This document shows, in pieces, positions 9,789 to 19,815 of a stretch of 64,000 nucleotides of DNA. The DNA is from an uncultured Bacteroidales bacterium. GTDB lineage: Bacteria; Bacteroidota; Bacteroidia; Bacteroidales; Bacteroidaceae. The position numbers were made by a program, and so were the translations under genes. The notes beneath the pieces were generated by a model. It did no database searches. It had not been told where the DNA came from and saw only the letters and a program-made list of their open reading frames with translations. The DNA lies in contig CALCYA010000096.1 of assembly GCA_937906165.1 (NCBI GenBank), positions 877-64,876 of the forward strand, written 5' to 3'. Within the stretch, counting starts at the first letter, position 1. Every line of letters starts with the position of its first letter.

Positions 9789-12700
9789 TTATTCTTCAAA
9801 GAAGTGGAAGATGTTGTACCATTCCATCCTCTTTCTTGCAAATTCCTGCCCGTTCTGCTCGGCAAGCCCGTACCAGTAGGCTGCCTTCGGCTCGTTCTTT
9901 TTTACACCGCGTCCTTTCTCATAGCAGTAGCCTACACGTTCCATAGCCTGCGGGTGTCCCTGCTCTGCAGCTTCCTTATACCATCTGAAAGCCTCTTTCT
10001 TGCTTTTCTTTACGTATTTGCCGTTTTCGTAATAGCTTGCCAGTTTGTACTGTGCCATAGGATGATTCTTCTCGGCTGCCTTCACGAGGTGTCTGATGGT
10101 CTGGCTCTTGCGCAGTTTGCGCTTTCCGTAACCGGCGATGGAGTCTTCCCGTTCCATGATGTTCGCGACGGCTAAAAGACTTGTGGGTTCCTCTTTCTCT
10201 ATGGCTTTTTCGAACCATTCGCGTCCTTTTATACTGTCCTGCTCAACAATATCCCCGTTCATGTATATATGTCCCAATGTCGCTTGTGAAATTGCATTGC
10301 CATTTTCGGCCGACATTGTGTAGTAATGCAGTGCCAATGAATCATTCCTTGTCGTTCCAATGCCGTACAGATAGCAACTTGCCAGGTTATGCAATGCTTT
10401 CTCCTGTCCCAGATTCGCTGCTTTGCGGAAGTGCTTGAAGGCCTCGATACTGTCCTTGGCGATGCCTGTACCATTGAGGTAGCAGACACCGGCATTGTAT
10501 ATGGCGTCGGAATAACCCAGTGCCGCAGCCTCGCAGAACTGTTCAAAAGCCTTTTCGTATTCGTTCTGGATGTAGAGCATCCGTCCGTTCTCTGTCAGTA
10601 TGTAACAGTGTGCCAGCAGGTCGGGAGTGTGTATGCCGATGATAGGTGTAACCAACTGTCTCTTGATATCTGCAAATGTATTATCTTCGGCTTCTCTGGT
10701 GGTGATGTTACCGTTGTTGCCATAGAATATACCGCCGGCATATCCTTCTATGTCTACCGCGAGTCTGCGTGCCTGGGTACAGTTGTATAGCTCTACCTCT
10801 ATCTTGCCGTCATCAGCGGCTTTTACATCCGGCATCCACAGTAGTGTGCGGCGATAGTCTCCCATTGTGCTGTCGGGGCGCATTGTGCTGTAGTCTGGGG
10901 CATAGAACTTCTTGTTCTCGTTATATCCATATACCATAGTGTAACGTGAGTTGTCGTTACGTGCCAATTGTGGTACAATACCTTTTGCTGCAGCATCCTC
11001 CTTGTGTGGTATGAAACAGGCCACATAGTTTGGTATACTGTTGGAACTCATCATGTAAAGGCCGCCATTGACGTATGTCTGGTATTGTATCGCATCGGGT
11101 GCGTCATCGATGTCACCGCTTCTTGGGGCTATGCCTGACTTGTAAATGAATGAGGCATAGAATGATGAATATCTGAAGTTTCCTATTGTCTTGGCCCTAC
11201 GGCTACGGCTGTTCTCCCAAAGTTCGTGTTGCTTGCGGGTATTCTCGTCGGAGCGTATAATGATCTCGTCGAAATTTGTCATCTTAACGGGGTCTACACC
11301 TTTGAGATACTCCGTGTCAATGGCTGGAATTGTGTCCGACGAGTATTCTCCGTCAACAACAATACTCTGTATCCAATAGCACCAGTTGAGGTTGTGGCGC
11401 CAGAATGCACTGCGCAGTACCTGATACGCGCTGAGCGACGTGTAGTATGACGGGTCAATCATAGGTGGCCTGTTTACTATAGATGAATGATTGCTGAAAT
11501 CATTATAGCTGGCGTAAACCTGCCCCGAATAATCAGGTCCGAAGTGGTTGATGTTGGTTATCCTGTTCCATCTTTCAAGGGGCCTGTATGTCGGTTCTTC
11601 TGTCTCGTAATATGACGGGTCTGTCAGGACGGGATTATAACCGCTCAAGTCTTCCCCGAAATCCATCGAACTCCAACTGGCTCTGCGGTGGAGATAGGTG
11701 ACATCCATGGCATATTCCCATTCGTCAAGATAGTCGAACCTCATCTCGCTGCGTGGCGGGCGATAGAAAGGGTCCTTCTTCCTCTTTGAGATGACCTCTA
11801 CATTGGACAAGAGGTATTCGAAAGGATTTATCTTTATCATCTCTTCGTTATACTGCTTCAACTCTTCGGCAGTCATAGCCTTTCCTACATTCCTTTCCCA
11901 ATAGTGGTAAAGGCGCATCTCGGGCGAGAAATAGCGGTCAAGAACAAATGTGTACATGCTGTCTTGAGGAAAAATGAACCCATTGCCCTTGGGCACCAAC
12001 TGTGCTACTCGTTTGCCGGTGAAATCTTCGGTCTGTAGGCGGAACTCTCCATTAGCGTCTGTCTTGAAGTCATATCTTGTGAACAGGCTGTCGCTGTATG
12101 ATATGTTGAGGTCGATTCTTGTATTTGGGAGGTTTGTGACAATCATCTCGTCCAGATGTCCGAATTTGCGGTTGGGTACCTTCTTTATGTAACGTCCTTT
12201 GATTGTGATGCCTTTCTCTATAGGCTGCTCTAACTTGGCCTCTTTGTGGCTGAGCTTGCTCCAGTCGTAAGATGTCCAACCGTGGGTGAGCATCACCAGA
12301 TCAAGTTCTGCGTCACGGTTGTCATTCCCGGGGTCAAAGTAACGGGCGGCGTTGGGGATATATCCTTTGATCTCACTACCCAACAGCATGTATGTGTACA
12401 TGTTGTATGAGTATGAGGTCTTCTGACGGTTGTCGGCATCGCTTACTGAGATAGAAAAAATTCCCTCTTCTATGGGCTTGCCGTCCTCACGTTCAATGCT
12501 GAGTGTTATTTTCTCATAAGGGCTTACCTTGAGACTGTCTACATTGTGCCCATTGCCGGTAACAATGAGACGCGCACTCTCACGGTCGCCGCTTTTGGCC
12601 TTCTCATGTCTGACAAAGAACATTCGCTCGGCAAGTGGGATGCCTTCTCCTATAAAGAGCACTACGCGGTTCACTCCTTCGTTCAGGCTGTTCCTGTCTA

Positions 12701-13751
12701 CAGCAAAGGTCATCTCTCTGTCACTTGAGTGGTAACGCTCATAGAAACGGGTCTTTCCACGGTGTAATATGGCGCATCCGACCTCGGTATCAATCTCCAG
12801 GTTGTTCTTGATGTTCACTATGATGCTGCCAGCCGACTGTTCTACGTTTATCACCGCACCTTCCTCCTCCACATCAGGCAGGTTGAATCTTCTCTTGCGC
12901 TTGCCGTCCTTAAGGATGGCCGTGTACTTGACATCCTCATCGGGTGTGATGGTGAATGACCCCTTTCCCAGATGGGTGGGGGTAGCTGTGAACAGTTCCT
13001 TGCCGTCTGCAAGTATTGTTATGCTACGGCTGCTGTTGATGCCGTCGGCTCCGAATACCTCGAATGCAACACGGCTCTCAATGCCGTTGACCAGATGTCC
13101 GCCTTCAGGGAAGAACTCCACGTCGGCTACAGGTAGCTGTGCATTTATCCATTCAACCTCTCTTTCAAGGCCGTGTTTGCTGTCATCCTGTTCAATGTCA
13201 ACGAGAAAACCTCTACGGCGGTCGAGCATGTTCTTGAAATCCCAGTTGTCGGCATGTACCTTGTCAAATATTGGGAATACACGGCTGAAAATGGACTCTT
13301 TACCGCGGTTGAGCATATAGCGTGTATATGCACGCACTTCGTAATAACCCGAGAGCAGCAGTTCGTTAAGCTCGAAAGTTCCGTTGCAGGTGCCGTCCTC
13401 GGCAATCTTGTATTTGTTGGTTCTTACAACATAGCCCTCGGGTGCCACAAGCTCAACATATAGCACGCGGCTCATTGTGGTTGGAGTGTCATTTTCTCCG
13501 CTCATTACGTATGCCTTGAACCACATGTCTTCACCCAGATAGTAGGCACTGTTGTCGAAATGAAGATATACACGCTCTTCGGGAAAGAGGCTCTGCTTCA
13601 CTTCTGAACGTACAATCAGGTTGTCAAGAGGGTTGCGGGGTATAGTTCCCTCGGCATCTCCTTCCTGTGCGTTGGATGTGATGCCTGACATTGCAAGCAA
13701 TATCGATAAAATATGTAGTGTCGCCTTTTTCATAATCTTAATCCTTCTCAT
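9789..13751 (-). CDS. Giant secreted protein: MG2/alpha-2-macroglobulin-like N-terminal region plus about 8 C-terminal Sel1 (TPR-like) repeats
   Basis: Signal peptide MKKATLHILSILLAMSGITSNAQ. N-terminal VYLHFDNSAYYLGEDMWFKAYV..VELVAPEGYVV. The C-terminal ~300 aa carry repeated A..YNAGVCYLNG.G..KD...A..WF.KAA..G motifs. The start overlaps the upstream stop (ATGA). Confidence 0.75.
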   Translation of the reverse strand: MRRIKIMKKATLHILSILLAMSGITSNAQEGDAEGTIPRNPLDNLIVRSEVKQSLFPEERVYLHFDNSAYYLGEDMWFKAYVMSGENDTPTTMSRVLYVELVAPEGYVVRTNKYKIAEDGTCNGTFELNELLLSGYYEVRAYTRYMLNRGKESIFSRVFPIFDKVHADNWDFKNMLDRRRGFLVDIEQDDSKHGLEREVEWINAQLPVADVEFFPEGGHLVNGIESRVAFEVFGADGINSSRSITILADGKELFTATPTHLGKGSFTITPDEDVKYTAILKDGKRKRRFNLPDVEEEGAVINVEQSAGSIIVNIKNNLEIDTEVGCAILHRGKTRFYERYHSSDREMTFAVDRNSLNEGVNRVVLFIGEGIPLAERMFFVRHEKAKSGDRESARLIVTGNGHNVDSLKVSPYEKITLSIEREDGKPIEEGIFSISVSDADNRQKTSYSYNMYTYMLLGSEIKGYIPNAARYFDPGNDNRDAELDLVMLTHGWTSYDWSKLSHKEAKLEQPIEKGITIKGRYIKKVPNRKFGHLDEMIVTNLPNTRIDLNISYSDSLFTRYDFKTDANGEFRLQTEDFTGKRVAQLVPKGNGFIFPQDSMYTFVLDRYFSPEMRLYHYWERNVGKAMTAEELKQYNEEMIKINPFEYLLSNVEVISKRKKDPFYRPPRSEMRFDYLDEWEYAMDVTYLHRRASWSSMDFGEDLSGYNPVLTDPSYYETEEPTYRPLERWNRITNINHFGPDYSGQVYASYNDFSNHSSIVNRPPMIDPSYYTSLSAYQVLRSAFWRHNLNWCYWIQSIVVDGEYSSDTIPAIDTEYLKGVDPVKMTNFDEIIIRSDENTRKQHELWENSRSRRAKTIGNFRYSSFYASFIYKSGIAPRSGDIDDAPDAIQYQTYVNGGLYMMSSNSIPNYVACFIPHKEDAAAKGIVPQLARNDNSRYTMVYGYNENKKFYAPDYSTMRPDSTMGDYRRTLLWMPDVKAADDGKIEVELYNCTQARRLAVDIEGYAGGIFYGNNGNITTREAEDNTFADIKRQLVTPIIGIHTPDLLAHCYILTENGRMLYIQNEYEKAFEQFCEAAALGYSDAIYNAGVCYLNGTGIAKDSIEAFKHFRKAANLGQEKALHNLASCYLYGIGTTRNDSLALHYYTMSAENGNAISQATLGHIYMNGDIVEQDSIKGREWFEKAIEKEEPTSLLAVANIMEREDSIAGYGKRKLRKSQTIRHLVKAAEKNHPMAQYKLASYYENGKYVKKSKKEAFRWYKEAAEQGHPQAMERVGYCYEKGRGVKKNEPKAAYWYGLAEQNGQEFARKRMEWYNIFHFFEE

Positions 13752-15274
13752 TTGATAGGTGTTGAACCGGCCATCATTGTGCGGCCCTCGTCAAATGTGT
13801 TCCCGTTGTCGGCATCGTCAAAGCCCAGTATTATGTGAGCGTCATAAATTGTGCTCATGTTGTTGCCTTGCTCAATTGCCGGCAACCACTTCTTTGACTT
13901 TACATATCTTTCTATGACTTCAATAGCTTCTCTCTTACAATTCTCAATGGTGTTGCCGGCATCCTTGATGCTACCGGCAATGGATACATTACAACCCTTG
14001 TTTGTTATGCTGTGGGCATTGCCTTCCTTGTCGGCAATGAATTCTATCCTTGCGCTACATTGTCTTACATTCATTTCCTTGAGTCTGTCACCAAGTTCGC
14101 TGCCGGTGATGTTGACATGCTCGAAGTATGTCTCGGAAGCATGCTCCTCTTGTCGCTCAATGAGCCTTTTTGCCTCTTTGGAGAGTTCTAATTCCACTAA
14201 TGGCTCAATCTCTTCCTGGGGTTTCCCGATTCTTGCAGCCTTTATATGCAGGGGGAGTGGGGAGGTCTCAACAGCGGGCCGTATGGGGACGGTTGTCTCT
14301 TTTTCTAATGCTGCCGGCTCTTCTACATACGTAGTTCTCTGTTCTATTATACTGTATACGTATTCAGGCTTGGCAAAGATGAAAAGGAACAATAGTGTCA
14401 TCGGGGCAAAAGCAAGTGCTTTTCCTTTGTTTATCCAAGCTGACGGCTTGCGTGCCATCATCATTATCCTCTTTCTTACGCAACTTTGATTGAAATTATT
14501 AGCGAGGTTGAATGCTGTGTCACCTACGGCCTTCTTTAATAGCAACAACTGGTATGCTTTTGCGTTGCCGTGGTGTTCAAGGACATATCTGTCGGCCTCG
14601 TACTCGTGTATCTCCTTCAAATCATTGGCAAGCATATATGCAAACGGGTTGAACCATTGCAATGACTTTACGATACTCAACAGCAGCATGTCCCAAGAGT
14701 GCCCGTGGCGGTAGTGTCCTTCCTCGTGAAGAAGTATCTCCTTACCGCACTCCTTGTAGTCTTCCTTTGAAATGACTGTGTGGCTGAACCAACTGAAAGG
14801 GGCACCATTGCCGGCGTGGTAATGGATTGTCATACCGTTTTGCTCTGTCTCAATGACTGCACAATGTCTGATTCCAAGTATGATCTTCACAATCTCTGCA
14901 CAACGTAGTACCAATGTTATTAAGACACCCGTCAGGTATATCATAAGCAGTGTGTCGGTTTTGAAGATGTCTTTCCATCGGAATGCCTTGTCGGCGATGG
15001 GGCTGTCTGCCGGCAAGGTGCCGGTATGCGGAATTTCTATGCTGGGTGTCTCGGATACGGTGTTGCCGGCGGCATCAATGATTTTCACAATTTCCACCTC
15101 TACAGGGAATGTTACAATGATAGTGGGCATTATAGCAGATACCGCAATTATACCAAGGAGCAGTATGCGGTTGAAGGTCGCGAATGTCTCTTTCCTCAGC
15201 AATAGGGCAAAAGGAATGTAGAGCAGTGCAAGACACAGAGCCCATTTGAGTATGTATGTGATTGCTGTTATCAT
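13748..15274 (-). CDS. M56 family (BlaR1/MecR1-like) membrane metalloprotease signal transducer with a non-PBP C-terminal domain
   Basis: N-terminal TM helices and a zinc motif LLHEEGHYRHGHSWD. A further TM is followed by a ~200-aa C-terminal ectodomain with no SxxK/penicillin-binding pattern. Confidence 0.8.
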   Translation of the reverse strand: MITAITYILKWALCLALLYIPFALLLRKETFATFNRILLLGIIAVSAIMPTIIVTFPVEVEIVKIIDAAGNTVSETPSIEIPHTGTLPADSPIADKAFRWKDIFKTDTLLMIYLTGVLITLVLRCAEIVKIILGIRHCAVIETEQNGMTIHYHAGNGAPFSWFSHTVISKEDYKECGKEILLHEEGHYRHGHSWDMLLLSIVKSLQWFNPFAYMLANDLKEIHEYEADRYVLEHHGNAKAYQLLLLKKAVGDTAFNLANNFNQSCVRKRIMMMARKPSAWINKGKALAFAPMTLLFLFIFAKPEYVYSIIEQRTTYVEEPAALEKETTVPIRPAVETSPLPLHIKAARIGKPQEEIEPLVELELSKEAKRLIERQEEHASETYFEHVNITGSELGDRLKEMNVRQCSARIEFIADKEGNAHSITNKGCNVSIAGSIKDAGNTIENCKREAIEVIERYVKSKKWLPAIEQGNNMSTIYDAHIILGFDDADNGNTFDEGRTMMAGSTPIK

Positions 15275-16446
15275 TGTCCTTCTCCTTTCAGTTTAAGTCT
15301 TACGACGCAGTAGGTCTCTCTTGGTTTACCGTCGTACAGCTCCGGTGTCCATCGGGGCATTTTCTTTATTGCATCTGTTACCTCATCACAAATGGCTTTA
15401 ACGACCTTGTTTTCACTGTCCCACCCGCTATGGCTCTCTTTGGTTATGCTTGGCCTGACATCGTAGATCTTGGCTTTTCCGTTTTTCTTTACAAAGAACT
15501 CTATCAAGACATTCCCTGTTACGTTGTTTCTTTTTATCACCTTGTTTGACCATATCTCGGCAAGGAGTACTTTCTTCAGTTCATTTATGCCACCAGGGAA
15601 GGCCGGAGCACTATGGTCTATCTCAATATCCCTGGTGTCAATGTAAATCTCTATGCATGCTTCAGTTTCACCTGCCGGGCAGTTGATGAATTCGTATAGT
15701 TTCTTTCCATTCAGTCTGTCGCCGATCAGCTCTGCGTTTTCTTCGAAGAGGATGTTTCTTTTGAAGAATTTGTTTTGCTCTTTCCTGAACTGGAACTTCC
15801 CTGGTACGAGTGAGAGGTTCTTGCCTCCATTGGAATAATAGTTTATCTTGATATCCTTGGACTTTTCGCTTTGTTGTGTAACTTCATTTGTTCCCCAGTA
15901 GATGTTGCCTATGTACCTGGTCTCTTGTATGATGCCATTATTGTCGGCCTTTGCGTATATGTACGCGCTGCCGTCCACACCGAATATTCTCTTTTTGGTA
16001 TCGTATGTGACGCACTCATCAATGAGCTCTTTCAACTTGCTTTTTGTCTTCAGGTTGTTTTCGTCATGTAAGTAACGTGGTTTCCATACAATCCTGCATC
16101 TGTTCTCGCCTTCTTCCCAGGTTTTGCTGTTCACTATGCTACGGCAACTCTCGAGCATTAGTTTCTCGGCTGTCTTTATGGAGTATTTGTCACTGTTGCC
16201 CGATAGTGTGGTCTCAAAGTCGGTCATCTCAATCTTGCCGGCCTTTCCGTCTTTGTCGGCAAGGAACTTGACTGTAACATACGACTCCGAAAAAAAATCA
16301 TTGTAGTTGAGGTTACTGCAATATACTCCCGCTGTACTGTCAAGGTATACAACGATATCCTGAAGCACGTTGCTTTGTGCCTGTATGCCGGTAGTAGCCA
16401 ACATACACGCAGTTATGGCGGTTGTTATGTGCCTCAACATTCTCAT
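15271..16446 (-). CDS. Secreted protein with a TonB_C-like C-terminal domain, function unknown
   Basis: Signal peptide MRMLRHITTAITACMLATTGIQAQ. The C-terminus (APAFPGGINELKKVL...GNVLIEFFVKKNGK...PRWTPELYDGKP) resembles the TonB C-terminal fold motif. Confidence 0.55.
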   Translation of the reverse strand: MRMLRHITTAITACMLATTGIQAQSNVLQDIVVYLDSTAGVYCSNLNYNDFFSESYVTVKFLADKDGKAGKIEMTDFETTLSGNSDKYSIKTAEKLMLESCRSIVNSKTWEEGENRCRIVWKPRYLHDENNLKTKSKLKELIDECVTYDTKKRIFGVDGSAYIYAKADNNGIIQETRYIGNIYWGTNEVTQQSEKSKDIKINYYSNGGKNLSLVPGKFQFRKEQNKFFKRNILFEENAELIGDRLNGKKLYEFINCPAGETEACIEIYIDTRDIEIDHSAPAFPGGINELKKVLLAEIWSNKVIKRNNVTGNVLIEFFVKKNGKAKIYDVRPSITKESHSGWDSENKVVKAICDEVTDAIKKMPRWTPELYDGKPRETYCVVRLKLKGEGQ

Positions 16447-16826
16447 TCCTGTGGATTGCTGTTCTGGATTATTTCAATGAGTTCCTTTATCTCACTTTGG
16501 CTCATCTTCTCGTTTTCGACAAAGAACTTGAGGAACGAAGAACCCGAACCTCCGAAGAAAGACCATTTTACATTGTCTATTACCTGGTTTGTGTACTCCT
16601 GCTTGCTCACGAGAGGAAAGAAGATGTATGTCTTTCCGCTTACCTTGCGATGCGATACAAAGCCCTTTGTGTCAAGTATCTTCAGGAATGTGGATACAGT
16701 TGTGTACGCCGGTTTAGGGTCTGGGTAACGCGCGATGATTTCGTGGATGATGCCGCCGTCGGGCATATCCCATAGGATGTTCATTACTTGTGCTTCAGCT
16801 TTTGTAAGTGTTCCGTACTTTTTCAT
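16443..16826 (-). CDS. BlaI/MecI/CopY family transcriptional repressor
   Basis: 127 aa with a winged-helix N-terminus (LTKAEAQVMNILW...YTTVSTFLKILDTKGFVSH). It is the first gene of the operon. Confidence 0.85.
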   Translation of the reverse strand: MKKYGTLTKAEAQVMNILWDMPDGGIIHEIIARYPDPKPAYTTVSTFLKILDTKGFVSHRKVSGKTYIFFPLVSKQEYTNQVIDNVKWSFFGGSGSSFLKFFVENEKMSQSEIKELIEIIQNSNPQE

Positions 16827-16872
16827 GATATTCTGTTTTTAATTGATGTTCTGCACAAATGTAAAAAGAAAG

Positions 16873-16898
16873 ATTTAGAAATTTAAGTATTTAGAAAT
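16873..16898. promoter_or_regulatory. Candidate operator: two ATTTAGAAAT near-palindromes spaced 16 bp start-to-start, upstream of the BlaI-like gene
   Basis: ATTTAGAAAT occurs at 16873-16882 and 16889-16898, with a third degenerate copy (attagaaat) near 16932. The sites lie 47-72 nt upstream of the ATG at 16826. Confidence 0.35.
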
Positions 16899-17005
16899 AA
16901 AAAATAGTCTTTTGGATTGTTTTTAACATTTATTATTAGAAATAGGCTGAAACGCTATGTGATTATATATAAAAGGGGGTCACATCAAAAGTCCCCCCCT
17001 GTTTT

Positions 17006-17677
17006 TCAAATGCTTATCTTTTCTCCAAGAAATTTCGGTTGCTTACCGAACCAGATGTCAAGGAACATCTTGACCCTGGCAAGGCTTTCCCTGAGGAATC
17101 CTGTCCTGATATAGAATCTTGAGTTCTTTACCTCTGTGGCATTGAATGCTATTGCATCGATGTCATTGGCAAGGGCAAGGTATACCGCACGCTCGTTGTG
17201 GAACTGTTGCGATATGATGGTGAATTTGCTCTGTCCGAAAACCTCTTTTGCACGTATTATCGAATCGAGAGTGCGGAATCCTGCGTAGTCGAGAATAATG
17301 TCTTTCTCGGGTATCCCCTGTGCCATAAGCGCCTCTTTCATGCATGTTGGCTCATCGTACTCTTTTGTGTGATTGTCGCCGCTGACAAGTATCTTGCTTA
17401 TCTTCTTTGCCTTGTAGAGTCTCACGCATGCGTTTATCCTATGGATAAAATAGTAATTGCTCTTTCCGCTCTTCACTGTGGGGCTTGTACCCAGTACCAG
17501 TCCCACACGGTTTGCCGGAATATCTTCGACATTGCTGTATATCCTTTCTTTGGTGCTCTGCTTCACAACAATATAGCATACCAAGGGTAGGGCAACTGCA
17601 ATGATTGTTATTGCCAGGATAATGGATAGTGCTGTTATCATCTTCTTCATTGTCGGTTGGGGGCAAAAATAGGTCAC
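17006..17677 (-). CDS. sanA: SanA/YdcF (DUF218) family protein
   Basis: An N-terminal TM is followed by VGLVLGTSP...ILVSGDNHTKEYDEP..M...GIP...ILDYAGFRTLDS...FTIISQQFHNERA. An alternative start is at 17650. Confidence 0.8.
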   Translation of the reverse strand: MTYFCPQPTMKKMITALSIILAITIIAVALPLVCYIVVKQSTKERIYSNVEDIPANRVGLVLGTSPTVKSGKSNYYFIHRINACVRLYKAKKISKILVSGDNHTKEYDEPTCMKEALMAQGIPEKDIILDYAGFRTLDSIIRAKEVFGQSKFTIISQQFHNERAVYLALANDIDAIAFNATEVKNSRFYIRTGFLRESLARVKMFLDIWFGKQPKFLGEKISI

Positions 17678-17717
17678 CGCATAGGCGATGACCTATTTAT
17701 ATTATATGCTTACGGTA

Positions 17718-19697
17718 TTACCTGCAAACGTTCTCGACCTTGAAGTTTGTAACCTTGCTCTTGAAGTTGCCTGCCTTCTCAAGCGGGAACACGAGTGTAC
17801 GTACGTAGTACATCTTGTCCTTGCCGCCCTCGTTGTGGTAGAGTGTCTGCTTGTCGAGTGTCTCAACGAGCTTGCCGTTCACGAAGAGCTTTGTAACCTG
17901 CTGGTTACCGCTGATTGTAACGTGAGCCTTCTCACCCGGGAAGAAACTGTAGTTGAAAGTCATGAGGTAGCCGTCGCGTGAGAAACCGAGCTTGCCGCTT
18001 GCGGGGTCGGCAAGGTAGAAGACAGCGTCGCGTGAGCTTGTCAATACTGTGCCAGGGCACTCCTTTGCCGCTACAATGTCGAATGATACGCTGTACTCGT
18101 AACCGACCTCTCTGATACCTGTCTCCTTTACAAGGTTTGCAGCAGGCTTGAGTGCGGGAATTTCAACAAGTGTTCTCTTCTCGCCGCTGAAACGGCCTGC
18201 GATGTTGAGGCCCGGAGCGTCGCTGAGCGCAAGGCGTGCCTTGTCGAACTCTTCGTATGATACGGTTGGCTTTGCACCTGTCCACATCTTCACTGCCATA
18301 GTCTGCATAGCAGGGAATACACGGTAGTGGATGTCCTTGCAGCTGATACCGTTGCCTGCATGGTCGTTCCATACAGCGAATGAACCGCCCTTTATCTGCG
18401 GGTGCTTCTCCTCGAATGTCTGGTTGCCTATTACTGCCGGTGTCCAGCTGTTGTAGAGGTAGTTGCAGTTGAGGTAGTCATAATAGTAACCTGCAGCGGG
18501 TACGATATATGTGAAACCGTCGGGTATGCTGATTACATCGTAACCGAGAGCTATCATCTCCTTTGGATCGGCATAGCCGTTGTACCACTCATACATGAGC
18601 ACGTTGTCTACCTTTACGGGGGTGTTGCCCTTAGCGTGTGTCAATGCACCCCAAACGCAAGCCTGCTTGCCATACTTCTCGGCTGTGCGGATGCAGAAGT
18701 CGGTGAAGTAACGGAACTTCTCAACGACTGCTGTGTCACGGTTGGAGTATTCGTCGGTACCTACGTGGAAACGTGGACCGCGGAAAACCGGCTCCTCGCC
18801 GCCGAGGTACTCCATGAAGAGTGAGTCGATGAATGTGTATGTGCCCGGGTTGAAGAGGTCCAGGTGGTCAAGACCATAATCCTTGCTGCCGAGTTCGGGG
18901 CGGTAGTGTACGAATGCGAGTGAGTGAGCGGGTACGTCAATCTCAGGGATAATCTCTACACCTACGCGCTCCGCGTGCTTCTGAAGCTCGATGAACTCCT
19001 CCTTTGTGTAGTAGCCGTCACGTGATGTAAGGCCTGGGAAGAGGTCGCTCTCAAGGCGGAAACCTGACGGAGTCTTTGCCCAGTCGTGGTTGAAGTACTG
19101 CTTGAAGGCATTGTCGTTGAGGTGGATGTGGAATGTGTTCATCTTGTAGTATGCCATGAAGTCAACATACTCGTGCAGGAAGCTGATGGGGATGAACTTG
19201 CGGCCGCAGTCGAGCATGAAACTGCGCATCTCGTAGTCGGGGTAGTCAACGATGTTGCCCTTTGGGAGTACATTCGCGTTCTGCTCTGCAATCTGCAGGA
19301 TTGTACGTGTCGCCCACATTGCAGCGCGTGCGTTGCCGGCTGTAATCTCAACCTTATCGGCGATGTTGATGGTGTAACCCTCTGCACCCAGCTTCTTGTT
19401 GTTCTTGACGTTGAATACGATGTCACCCTTGGCAGCCTTGCCCTCTACAACCTGGAGCTCTACACCTGTCATCTTCTTGAAGTCACATGCGAACTGCTTT
19501 GCAACCTCGGCAAGCTCTGCGCTCTTCTTTGAATAGACAACCTTTGTCTCTGATGTAATCTGGAACTCGCCTGTCGCACCTTTCCATTCACGGAGTTCAG
19601 GGATAACAAAAGGCTTCTTGTTCTTTTCGGCTGCAGTCACATTTGCTACAAATGAGAAGCAGATGACTGCAAGCAGGAATAAAATCTTGTTCTTCAT
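17718..19697 (-). CDS. GH20 beta-N-acetylhexosaminidase
   Basis: Signal peptide, then FHIHLNDN, EIIPEIDVPAHSLA and FHVGTDEY (catalytic D-E pair). Confidence 0.88.
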   Translation of the reverse strand: MKNKILFLLAVICFSFVANVTAAEKNKKPFVIPELREWKGATGEFQITSETKVVYSKKSAELAEVAKQFACDFKKMTGVELQVVEGKAAKGDIVFNVKNNKKLGAEGYTINIADKVEITAGNARAAMWATRTILQIAEQNANVLPKGNIVDYPDYEMRSFMLDCGRKFIPISFLHEYVDFMAYYKMNTFHIHLNDNAFKQYFNHDWAKTPSGFRLESDLFPGLTSRDGYYTKEEFIELQKHAERVGVEIIPEIDVPAHSLAFVHYRPELGSKDYGLDHLDLFNPGTYTFIDSLFMEYLGGEEPVFRGPRFHVGTDEYSNRDTAVVEKFRYFTDFCIRTAEKYGKQACVWGALTHAKGNTPVKVDNVLMYEWYNGYADPKEMIALGYDVISIPDGFTYIVPAAGYYYDYLNCNYLYNSWTPAVIGNQTFEEKHPQIKGGSFAVWNDHAGNGISCKDIHYRVFPAMQTMAVKMWTGAKPTVSYEEFDKARLALSDAPGLNIAGRFSGEKRTLVEIPALKPAANLVKETGIREVGYEYSVSFDIVAAKECPGTVLTSSRDAVFYLADPASGKLGFSRDGYLMTFNYSFFPGEKAHVTISGNQQVTKLFVNGKLVETLDKQTLYHNEGGKDKMYYVRTLVFPLEKAGNFKSKVTNFKVENVCR

Positions 19698-19815
19698 AAA
19701 TTATAGTTTGTTATTAATAGTATATTGCCTATTTTGCATAATTTGCAAATATAGTTTTTTTATTTATATAAAATATATTGTCAGTTCTTAAAAGTTATTA
19801 ATATGGAGGCGCTCC

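Noticed and set aside
13748-16826. A classical beta-lactam resistance sensor-repressor pair (blaR1/blaI).
   Set aside because: There is no beta-lactamase or PBP2a gene in the operon. The M56 protein also lacks a recognisable penicillin-binding (SxxK) sensor domain. Only the family-level call (M56/BlaI-type) is supported.
16917-17114. A 65-aa + strand ORF between the BlaI operon promoter and sanA.
   Set aside because: It overlaps the 3' end of sanA on the opposite strand and an AT-rich promoter region. It has no motif and is probably spurious.
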